The position numbers and the translations under genes are program-made. A stretch of DNA of 20,000 nt. Origin: Lophium mytilinum. Lineage: Eukaryota. Position 1 is the stretch's first letter; each line of letters starts with the position of its first letter. The stretch is from positions 1,291,988 through 1,311,987 of the forward strand of contig MU004199.1 of the NCBI GenBank assembly GCA_010093605.1, read 5' to 3'. A model generated the notes under the pieces. That model had not been told where the DNA came from. It ran no database searches and saw only the letters and a list, made by a program, of their open reading frames with translations. Shown in pieces: positions 1-10,065 of the stretch.

Positions 1-604
1 GATAGATACTAGTTAAATAGTTTTTATATTTATTTTAATAGTTATTTCTCTATTTTAGTAATATAGTTTATTATAGTTATTCTCTAGCTACTAAACTTTT
101 AAATAGCTATATTACTATTACTAACTCTATTATTACCTTAAGTATCTACTTTATAGTAATAAGACTATAGGTTTATAGTACTACCTTATATAGGCTACTT
201 ATAAAGCTTATAGTATTTTAAAAGTTCTATTTTATTAAAATCTATATAGCTCTTAGTATATACTTTTATTATAGCTTAGCTAAGCTAGTACTTATATAGC
301 TAGAATATACTAATATCTAGTAGCTAGTATAGGTGCGTTATATATAGTAGTATTAGAAATAGAAGAATATTATAAATATTATAATATTTAATAATCTATT
401 AAGTACTATAGATAGTATAGCTATCTAAAAAAAGTATTCTATAGGCACTTTTCTATTACTTAGCCGTCTATTAATTAAATAACTAGATTTATTAGAATAC
501 TAGCTAGTTATTTATATAGGCTATTTTATTAGCTTTAAGTATATATTTAGATTAAATAGTTAATTAAGTAAACTAGTATATCTACTTAACCTTCTCTTTA
601 AGTA
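1..604 (-). pseudogene. C-terminal part of RIP-degraded Fot1/pogo-family (DDE_1) transposase; continues beyond window start
   Basis: Minus strand reads YRILFLDSYTIYST..IIKYYNIYNILLFLILLYITHLY*LLDISIF*LYKY. Reversing transitions gives YRILFLDGH..H.T..IIEYC..HNI.P.P.PPHTTHL.QPLDVGVFQPYKH, the Fot1-type second/third catalytic Asp motifs. Confidence 0.85.
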
Positions 605-648
605 CTATATTAACTAAGATTATATAAATACTAGGCTTAGCAGCACTA
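605..648 (+). repeat. Left TIR of pogo-like element
   Basis: CTATATTAACTAAGATTATATAAATACTAGGCTTAGCAGCACTA, preceded by TA; reverse complement present at 4671-4714. Confidence 0.9.
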
Positions 649-990
649 CTAAGTAAGGAAGGCGGTAGTAGTATAATTATATTAAATCGCAGCTAAATCT
701 CTTTATAGCTACTATAAGCACTAATATCCTTACTATTAAAACGTTGTATTTTTCTATTATATATATAATAAAAGTTATAAAGCTTATAATTTTCTATTAA
801 TTACGCTTAAAACTACTAATTTTAGAGTTATTTTAAGTTATAAAGCCTTAGTATTAAATTTACTTTTAGAGGAATATACTACTAGTATATAGATATATAA
901 ATAATAATAAACCCCTTTTCTATTTCTTATAACTTAACTCTACTAATTTTCTTCTAATTTACTTAATTTTTACTATATTTTCTTACCGCT

Positions 991-3015
991 ATACCTCTTA
1001 AAGAGCTTAATTCTAATACTATTACTAAAAGGTCTTATATCTATCTATTTAAGTTAGAAACTCCTTTAAAAGAGCCTAAAAGAAAGTTAATTAAGAACTA
1101 TTCTATTAAATAAAATTAGCCTATTAAAAAGGCTAGAAGGTTCTTTAGTATATAGAAAAAGCTAGAAATTCTTACCTAGTAGTACTACTACTATATAGAA
1201 GTATAGCCTAGTAAGTAGAGCTATATTAAGCTAGGCTTACTTCTATAGTAGCTAGAAGCTAACTACTATTCTTCTATAGGTAATAAGGTAGCTACTTTTT
1301 AAAAGGTTTCTCTTAGTACTATAGGCTTCTAGAAGAAATAAATAGAGGCCCTTTCTAATACTCTATATAATAGCTATATAGTAGCTAGATCTATCTAGCT
1401 TAGTAAATAGAATAATCTAGAATAATAACTATATACTAGATTTATTAAAAAAAGAAAAAGAAAGCTATAAGTTTAAGTATATTAGTTTTAATAGTATTCT
1501 AAGGCTATATTTAAGAAGCTATATCTAGCCCTTATAGTAGCTAATTAGTATATCTAGATCTTCTCTTAGGGGTAGTTTTAAGGGTTTCTATTATACTCTA
1601 GAATCTCTTTTAGAGTAGTAACTAAGAAGGTATTAAAACCCCCCTAATTACTATAAATAGAAGTACTTTCTTAGTTGCTTTTTAACTAGAAAATTACTTA
1701 ACTAATTTATATACTAGCTACCTTCTAGAGCACTATAATAGACTAGCTACTAGCCTAAATTAATACCGCTAATTACTAGATATATAGGTAATAGTTTTAT
1801 CCTTTAAGAATTATAAATATAGATAAAACTTCTATTTCTTTTAAGTAGGTTAATTACTATACTTATAACTTTATAGGCTCTATTAAGGTTACCTCTAAAG
1901 TAATTAAGTTAGGTAATAATAAGTACTAAGCTACCCTAATCCTCTATATATATATAGATAGAGTAGCTAGATATAACTCTATACTTATATTTAAGGGGTT
2001 ATTAAAAGAGGGTAGAACTATACTAAAAAATAAGTAAGATTTATATATAAAAGGGGTGGAAGTATATATTAATAAGACCGCCTATAATAATAAGGCGCTA
2101 TTTTATAATTAGATAAAGAGAGTATATATTCTAGCTAATTAGAATACTAATAAGTAGCTGCTAGAGTCTCTTCTTTTACTTAATACTATAGTATTCTATA
2201 AGACTAAGGCTATTAAGAATCTCTTTATAGAAAATTAGGTATTTATATTAATAATTTCTGGAGGCTATATAGGCTATCTATAGCCCCTTAATATAGCTAT
2301 TAATAAGCCCTTTAAGAAGTAGATTATAAAGAAAGTTAATAATAGAATTAATAAGAAAATTAAGGTAGAAGAGAATACTAAGAATAATATTCTATATAAT
2401 AAGAGAATTCTTACTACTATAGTAGTTATAGAGGCATAGAAGAAGCTTATAGCTAGACCTAAGCTTATAATTAAGGCCTTTAAGAATATAGACCTCTTAC
2501 TACTAGCTAATAGTAGTAAAGACTATAAAATTTATATTAAAACATTTATCTATAGAGAATTTAACCTTTCTAGATAGAGAAATATACTAGAGGTACCTCT
2601 ATATATTAAATAGAAGCTTAATACTAATAATAATAAGCTTAAATTTATAGATAGAGATAATATACTATATAATTAGAGCTAATATAAGAGCGCTATAAAG
2701 ACTACTCTATTAAGACTATATAAAAAGAGAAATCTACCTAGTATAGCTATTAGAAAGTAATAGCTTATTAAGAGGCTTCTAGCCTATAATATAAAAAGAG
2801 TAGAAGAATTAGATTTAGGCGGCTATTTAAATACTCTAAATAACTCTATTAATTTAACTATTACGTCTTATAATAGCTTTCTATCTTCTAGTATTATAGC
2901 TAGTAGCTTAAGTAATAACTCTATTATCTTAGAATCTAGATATAATACTTTTTAGAGGAGTTATAGTAGTTTAGAATTATAGAGTAGATATACTAAGTAA
3001 ATAGAGGACGCCTAA
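991..3015 (+). pseudogene. RIP-degraded pogo-like transposase (HTH/CENP-B-like + DDE_1 + SAP-like C-terminal motif)
   Basis: A single frame carries FS*G*F*GFL..SRISFRVVTKK (1561; CENP-B HTH-like FSxGWFxGF), IINIDKTSISF (1810; NMDET), ATLILYIYIDR..ILIFKG, and IISGGYIGYL*PLNIAINKPFK (2251; IPGGCTGYLQPLDxxINKPFK). The start (ATA from ATG) and end are approximate. Confidence 0.9.
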
Positions 3016-3236
3016 AAGAGGCTAGAGTTATAAGAGGGAGAAGGGCTAATTTTTTATTCTTTTTACTATAAATATAGTACTAATCTTAATCTATATACTA
3101 TAGATTTCCTACCTAGAGTTATAGCTAATTAATTATAATATATTCTATCTTATTCTATCTAAAAGGGCGTTCTAATCTATCTAATATTAGCTATTCTATA
3201 TCCTCTAGTAGTAGCTACTAAGAGTATATTATAAGG

Positions 3237-3984
3237 AAATAGAAAGTCTATAGAAGAGCCGCGCAGCCTTACTATAAATCTACTTAAGAGTAATAACTTA
3301 ATTAAATATTTATTAACTCTTATATACTTTTTATAGGTTAATAGCGTATATATAGGTAAATAGCGCGCTTAATTATAGCTAGACTATATTAGTAGATTTA
3401 AGAGATTTATAGTTTAAAGGTATATATATATTAAATATTTTATAAGTAAATTTATCTAGTTCTAGTATAGCTTAATAGTTAGTATAGTACTTCCGCAGAT
3501 TAAATTCTTAATATAATAAGCTTAAGGAGCTTTTATTGCAAGAATTTAATCTATAGAAGTATAGGGAGTAGAAGGTTAGTAGTACTCTTTTTATAGTTTA
3601 ATTTCTAGCTAGACCGCTTTCTTTTTACTTAAATATTTATTAATTCTTACACGCTTTTTATAGGTTAATAGCGTATATGCGGGCTAATAGCACGCTTAAT
3701 TATAGCTAGATTATATTAGTAGATTTAAGAGATTCGCGTACTAAAGAAAGTATAATAGCTAGAGGTGTAGACTATTTTTATACTCTAGGCCTATATATCT
3801 TATTTAAACTATAAATCTCTTAAATCTACTAATATAATCTAGCTATAATTAAGCGCGCTATTAGCCCGCATACACGCCGTTAACCTATTAAAAGCGCATA
3901 ACTATTCTATAATAATTAACTAAGTTATTACTCTTAAGTAGATTTATAGTAAGGCTATATAGCCCTTCTATAGACTTTCTATTT
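3237..3984. repeat. Fold-back / multi-palindrome cassette inside the pogo 3' region
   Basis: About 180-bp arms at 3237-3416 and 3803-3984 are reverse complements. A third, direct copy of the inner ~105 bp lies at ~3630-3734, and there is a central hairpin at 3488-3561. Confidence 0.85.
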
Positions 3985-4670
3985 TATGCGGTCTATTATA
4001 AAAAAATTTACAACTTATTTAAATTTCTATTAATTTTATTTAAACTAGAAGTAAATTAATTAAGTTTATCTAATCTATTTACTATTTAAAGTAGAACTCT
4101 ATATAACTATTATAGAGGTAGAAATCTATACCTAGAAACTTAGTAAAATATATACTACTATTATACTAAACTTTATCTTCTACTTAATACTAAGGTAACT
4201 ATCTAGATACTTATAGCCTCTACCTAGGCGTATTATATATTTAATAACACGCCTACTAGCTTATAGGCGTATATTAATAGGCACGCAATTCTCTTTCTTT
4301 ACCTAACCTTAGTATTATCTCTTAGTATTTTAGAAAGAGATTCTAGAACCTCTAGATATATTATATATCTAATCTATAGGTTAATAATAGATAAGAATAT
4401 ACTTCTTATTTATTTTAAAGTATAGAGAATTAATAAAGTTATATATAGTATCTATAAAATAAGAATTAGTAAAGTAATATATAAGAAAGGGGGAAAATTA
4501 TATATAAATTACCTTAAAGTCCCCTATAGATACGCTTATTTTTATAGAAGTAGTTATAATAATAAGGTATATATAATTACTAGCTATTATAGGCTATTTT
4601 AATATACTATAGCACTAAGCTAATATTAAAATTAAAGATAGAAGCTAATAGGCGCTTAATTAGATATAGC

Positions 4671-4714
4671 TAGCGCTACTAAGTCTAGTATTTATATAAT
4701 CTTAGTTAATATAG
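4671..4714 (-). repeat. Right TIR of pogo-like element
   Basis: Reverse complement of 605-648 with 3 transitions; followed by TA. Confidence 0.9.
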
Positions 4715-4716
4715 TA

Positions 4717-5391
4717 TAATAAAGAGTAGAAAAATATTACTATTAGCTAAAATATATTTACTAACTATATAGAATTTATAGCTAGTTATTATTCTAGACT
4801 TAATATAACTATATATAACTTCTATAATAACTTTCTATTACTTTTCTATATCTAGCTAAATACCTATCTTATTATAATTATATAGATCTATATCTTAAAT
4901 ACTATAGTCTATTATCTAGTACTCTAGTATTATAAACTAAGTACTAAAAGCCTTTTAATTCTTAGCTACCTCTTAAGTAAGCTTCTTAGAGTTATTAGTA
5001 TATATAATATAGTCTAGGTACTACTAGAGAAATTAATATATCTAATACTTACTATAAATACACGCCTAGTATTAAATAAGGGGTTAGTAATATACTAAGA
5101 AAAAATATAGTTATATTTATTCTAGATTATTTAATAGGTAATATATATCTAAATAGTAAGTAATTAATTAAGCTAGGTAATAAGGCTATTCTCTTTAGAT
5201 AGTATTAGTAGCTTATTAGTAGCTAGCCTATCTATCTATAATACTGCGCTATATATATATAATTTAACGCGTCTAATTAGAGTATTATATTCTATATAGA
5301 TAGTAAGAATTAATAGATAAATACCGCCTAAGATAGCACGCAATATATCCTGCACATATTTTTTAATATTCTAGGCACTTCTCTCTATTAT
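4717..5391 (-). pseudogene. N-terminal part of the RIP-degraded Fot1/pogo-family transposase
   Basis: Minus strand has an HTH-like N-terminus (..LRAILGGIY..; TNKLL.LSKENSLIT*L), SKY*IY*FL**YLDY (GKHWIYRFLxRHP), DLYNYNKIGI (YNxDETG, first catalytic D) and SKYILANSNIFLLFII (ECISADG..PPFII). It joins in frame to 604-1; there is an apparent frameshift near 5060-5100. Confidence 0.85.
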
Positions 5392-5430
5392 TATAGTTAA
5401 TATTAGGGGTATTATAATAGGGGGGGTGGC

Positions 5431-5476
5431 ACAGCTAGTAAGCTAGAAAGCTAGTAAGCTAGCGGCCCCCCTACTG
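5431..5476 (-). repeat. Probable 5' terminal repeat of the Fot1-like element with two internal direct repeats
   Basis: AGCTAGTAAGCTAG at 5433-5446 and 5449-5462, just upstream of the transposase start. Fot1-type TIRs contain such paired direct repeats. The partner TIR is outside the window and no TA is seen at the presumed end. Confidence 0.5.
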
Positions 5477-6014
5477 CGCAGGGGGGCTAGAAAGGCCCGA
5501 GTAGAGCCCGCTATTAGCCCTATTTATCTAATACTAAGTACTAGACCGGAATTTATTCTAATTATAGTTATTATAAAATATATATATATTACTAAAAGCT
5601 TTCTTATTTCTTCTTATAAGGATGTTAGATACTTATAATATTACTATAGATAGTAGTTTAACTAAACTAGAAGATACCTATAAAGGTTATATAGACTTAT
5701 AACTTAAGCTTCTAACTTCTTATTCTAGTAGTTTTACTATAATATTATAAATAATCTTAGACGCAGCTAATAGAGAATATAATAGTTATTATATTCTTAG
5801 ACCGGTAATTATAAAGTTAGAATATAAAACCCTAATACTAATAATAGACGTATATCTAAATACTAGAGTTAGAAGAGAATTTAAACTAGCACTCTATATT
5901 ATTATTAGTAGAAGACATTAGACTATAATCTTACTTTATTCCCTACTAGGTATATTACGGTAGTTTCTTCTTACTATTAGGCACGCACAATAATAAAGGC
6001 AGAAAGGAAGTAGG

Positions 6015-6282
6015 TGTAAGGATTATAATAGTATAAGTATTATATCCTTATACATAATAGGCTTAAAAGCCTTTAAACGGGACGAAACTATAAGCATTTA
6101 AACGTAATATAATAAACGTTAGATAACGTTATAAGAATATTAGAGAAACGTTTTATAATGCATTAAATGCTATATATATATAACTCTATTACTATTAATA
6201 TAGAATAGAACTTAAGTAATATAATTTCTATCTATCTATCTATCTATCTATCTATTTTTATATTAACTCTATACCTTTAATA
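6015..6282 (+). repeat. 5' LTR of copia copy 1
   Basis: Aligns with 13580-13843; differences are mostly C>T/G>A changes plus TATC unit number. Confidence 0.95.
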
Positions 6283-6292
6283 GGTTATAAGC
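6283..6292 (+). promoter_or_regulatory. Primer binding site (internal tRNAi-Met fragment type)
   Basis: GGTTATAAGC directly after the LTR (copy 2: GGCTGTGAGC). The consensus GGTTATGAGC is complementary to GCUCAUAACC of the initiator tRNA anticodon arm, as in Drosophila copia and Ty5. Confidence 0.8.
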
Positions 6293-7020
6293 ATAGATTG
6301 TACTACGCAATCTACAGCTATATAAAGCACTAACAGGCAGGTTCCATCTTAAAATTAACTAGATATTAATTAAAATTACCCAAATCAATAAAATATTAAC
6401 TAGAATTATTTAAATCAACTAAATATTAGACAAAAACAACGCCGTTTACTATCTTAATTACTATCTCCAGCGTATAAACCTACTATACCACCCTATAAGT
6501 AGTTTTAAGCACAAAACAAAGCCAAAAACAAAGCCAAAATTAAAGGAGATAAAGTTATTAACTATAAACCCGCTATATAACAGCTAGAACGCAAGCTAGA
6601 ATTATAAATCTATTACAAATAAAATTAGACTAAAGAAATATTACCTATTTATTATATCTATTAATATAAAGCTTCTATAAGCTTATATTACATTATAAAT
6701 TACGTAATTAACCTTCTAACGTCTATTATCTATTACGTATTAAATCTAGATACTCCAGATTAGATTATAACCTTTTATCCTATTATTTTATCTAATATAA
6801 GATAGAGAAATTGATTAAAATTTAAAATATTTCTCTTTCTATCTATCTATCTATTTATTAAATATATAGATACATAGAATTTATCTATCTATCCATTTAC
6901 TAAATACATAGATAGATAGAAATCTATCTATTTAATAAATCTATAGATATATAGAAATCCATCTATTTATCTATCTATCTATTTGCCTAACGGGCTATCT
7001 ATCTATCTATTTAATCTAAA

Positions 7021-10000
7021 ATGGATAAAATTAGTATTACTAAGCTAGTTAGTTAATCTAACTATAAAGTTTAGGCTCTAAGAGTACAATCTCTCTTAGT
7101 AGAAAAAAGTTGTAGTAATGCTATTAGCAGTACTACGCCTATTCCTATTAATAAGGAAAATAATGTAAAAGTATTAGCCACTATTAGGCTTACTATAGAG
7201 GACGGTCCTCTATTATAATTATAGTATTCTACTACTGTAATAGAAGCTTAGAAGCTACTAAAAAAGCTATATAGCCCTAAGGGCTTTAGTTCTAAATTCC
7301 TTATTTATAAGGAACTATTTAATACTATTTTATCTAAGTTTTTAACTATAGAAGACTACTTAAATAAGATAAAATAGTTAATAGATTAATTAAAAGCAAA
7401 AAAGCTTAAATTACTAAATTAAGTTGTTGTAGCTTAGGTTCTAAATAACCTAATGGACCCCTATAATAGCTTTATAACTATAGTTACATAATCCTATAGG
7501 GAAAATTTATCTAATATTAAACTAGATAATTTATTCTCTAATTTAATAGATAAAGCAAGATAATAGAAGTCTAAAGAGTATAAAACGGCTCTATTTAATA
7601 GAACTAAAAGGTTCTTACTAAAAAAGAATAGAGTAGAAAAAATAAGATATTATAAGAAGTGTAAAATAGCTATGCACCTTATAAAGGATTATTTCTATCT
7701 ATTTCTAGAAAGAGCTCTAAAATGGTTTAGAATAAAGGAGTACTTTAAACTACTAAAAGATAATAAGAATAAGGAAGAATCCTTACTTACAGAAGAATCT
7801 AACCCTAATAACTAGGCAGATTTCAATATAGATCTAGATGCAGCTAAAGTAAAGGTATTTCTAGCATCCTATTATACCCCTAATAATAAAGCTAATTATA
7901 TATTAGACTCCAGGAGCACAAGCCATATAATAGTAGATAGAAATCTATTTACTAGTTATAAGGAGCAAGCTATTATATTTAATTAGGGAGAAAATAAAAC
8001 TATAACTATAGAAGGTGTAGGAAATGTATAATTAAAACTAAATAGGAATATATTTCTACTAGAAAAGTGCCTTTTTATACCTAACTTTAGATATAATCTA
8101 ATATCTATAAGTAAACTAGATTCTATAGGAATAAACGTTATGTTTAAGAATAAAATAGCTATTATATATAAAAAGAATAATATACTAGTAATAGCATTAC
8201 TTAAAAACTCTTTATACTATATAAATATAGAGAATACAACGCTTTTTATAAAATAAATAGATAAAAAGATAAATTATATATATAAATAGATAGATAAAAG
8301 CGATTTAATAAATATATATATAGATAGAAATAATCTATCTATTTAGTACTAAAAAATAGGCTATATAAGCTCTAGAAAGCTTAGTATACTATTAGGTATA
8401 AATATAAAAGAACCTATATAATATAAAACCTATATAAAAGCTAAAATAACAAAAAATAAGAGAAATAAGGAAATAATACTAAAAACGGTAATTTCTTTAT
8501 AAAAAGTCTCTTTAGATTTAGCAGGGCCTATAAATCTACCTAGTTTAGGGGGTAATAAATACGTTATCTTCTTTATAGATGCAGCTTTAAGATATATAGA
8601 ATATAAACTATTAAAGTCTAAAGATAAAGCTTATAACGCCTTTTTAGAATATAAAGCTAAGGCTAAAAATATAAATATAGGAGATAAAAGAAAAATATAA
8701 ATCTTTAAAACTAATAATAGGGGAGAATATATAAATAAGAAGTTTAAAATAACTCTTTTAAAAACAGGTATAACCTATTAATTCTTAAGCCCCTATACGC
8801 CGGAATAAAACGGCTTAATAGAATAAATTAACTTAACTATATTAAATATAGTAAGGGCTCTATTATATATAGCTAATTTACCTTTTAATCTATAGAGAGA
8901 AGCTGTAAATGCGGCTGTATATATATATAATAGAATACCGCACTCTAGCTTAAAAGATAAAACGCTATTTAAGCTATATTATAAAAGAAAAGCTAAAATA
9001 GATAATATAAAAATCTTTAGCTCTATAGCTTATTATAAGGTTAAAATACAAATAACTAAATTAGAACTAAGAGCTAAAAAGGCTATAGTATTAGGCTATA
9101 GTTTAAATATATATAGACTATTAGATTTAGAAAGTAAAAAGATCTTTTAGGCAAGAGATGTATCTATAATAGAAGGCTTCCTTAATAAAAGAAATAAAAA
9201 TAATGTTAATAAAAAGAAAAATCCTTTAGAATATGTTATTAATATAGAGCTACTAAAAGATAATACTATAAGTAGTAATACTAAAAGATAATACTATAAG
9301 TAGTAATACTATAAGTAATACTATAAGTAATAATACTATAAGTAGTAATAATTTAATAATAGATAAAAGCTCTAAAGATAAATTAGCTATAAAACTATCT
9401 AGAAATCTATCTATTTAAAGATATATATAAAATCTAAATTTAATAAATAGATATATAGATAAAAATTAAGTATAATTATTAAATATATATATAGATAGAA
9501 ACTAAACTTAATTATCTATAAATATATATATAGATAATCTATCTAAAGATAAATTAGCCTTTATTATTAGTAATAACAGCAAGCTAAATATATATAAATA
9601 AGCTATAGAATCTCCTTATAATAATAAGTAGAAAGAAGCTATATAAATAGAAATAGACTAGCTTAATAAGTAAAATACCTAGAAGTTAGTAGACTTACTA
9701 GTAAATAGAAATATATTAAAAGAATACTGGGTTTATAAAATTAAAACTAATATAGATAATAATATATCTAAATATAAGATAAGATAGGTAGTAAAAGGTT
9801 TTAGCTAAGTCTATAGTATAGATTATAAAGAAACCTTTACTAATACCTGCCGCCTAGAAGTATATAGGCTATTACCTATAATAGCTACCTATTATAACTA
9901 GAAAATAATATAATAGAACTTTAAAAATGCATTTATATATATAGAATTAGATAAAGAACTTTATATAGAATAACTATATAGTTTTAATAAAAATAATAGT

Positions 10001-10065
10001 AATAAAGTCTATAAACTAAATAAAGCCTTATATAGTTTAAAATAATTACCTAGATAGTAGTATAT
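7021..10065 (+). pseudogene. copia gag-protease-integrase-RT(N-terminal) polyprotein relic
   Basis: MDKISITKLVS*SNYKV*ALRVQSLL; degraded CX2CX4HX4C knuckle ~7651-7692; YILDSRSTSHI (protease) ~7897; I*Y*KIGYIS (WHxxxGH); LDLAGP; PYTPE*NGL; NT*KLVDL; WVYKIK; KLNKALYSLK*LPR. Confidence 0.95.

Larger units (their letters stand above)
605..4714 (+). mobile_element. Complete pogo-like (Tc1/mariner superfamily) DNA transposon, RIP-inactivated, nested in the Fot1-like element
   Basis: 44-bp TIRs at 605-648 and 4671-4714 (41/44 identical, all differences transitions), TA at 603-604 and 4715-4716, and an internal DDE transposase relic. Removing the element plus one TA restores the host transposase frame (L-L-F-I-I-L-K-E-K, i.e. 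PPFIILKGK). Confidence 0.9.

Noticed and set aside
3229..3991. TTATAAGG / TTATGCGG as an 8-bp TSD of the fold-back cassette
   Set aside because: There are two mismatches, one a transversion not explained by RIP, and the right copy overlaps the arm end.
594..4726. CTCTTTA/TAAAGAG flanking the pogo element as a TIR extension or hairpin target
   Set aside because: Both belong to the host Fot1-like coding sequence (…LFIILKEK…); a 7-bp match is expected by chance in such AT-rich DNA.
5465..5490. Hairpin plus CTAG as a Helitron 3' end
   Set aside because: The CTAG overlaps the stem instead of lying ~10 nt downstream, CTAG is ubiquitous after RIP, and the adjacent ORF is a DDE transposase, not Rep/helicase.
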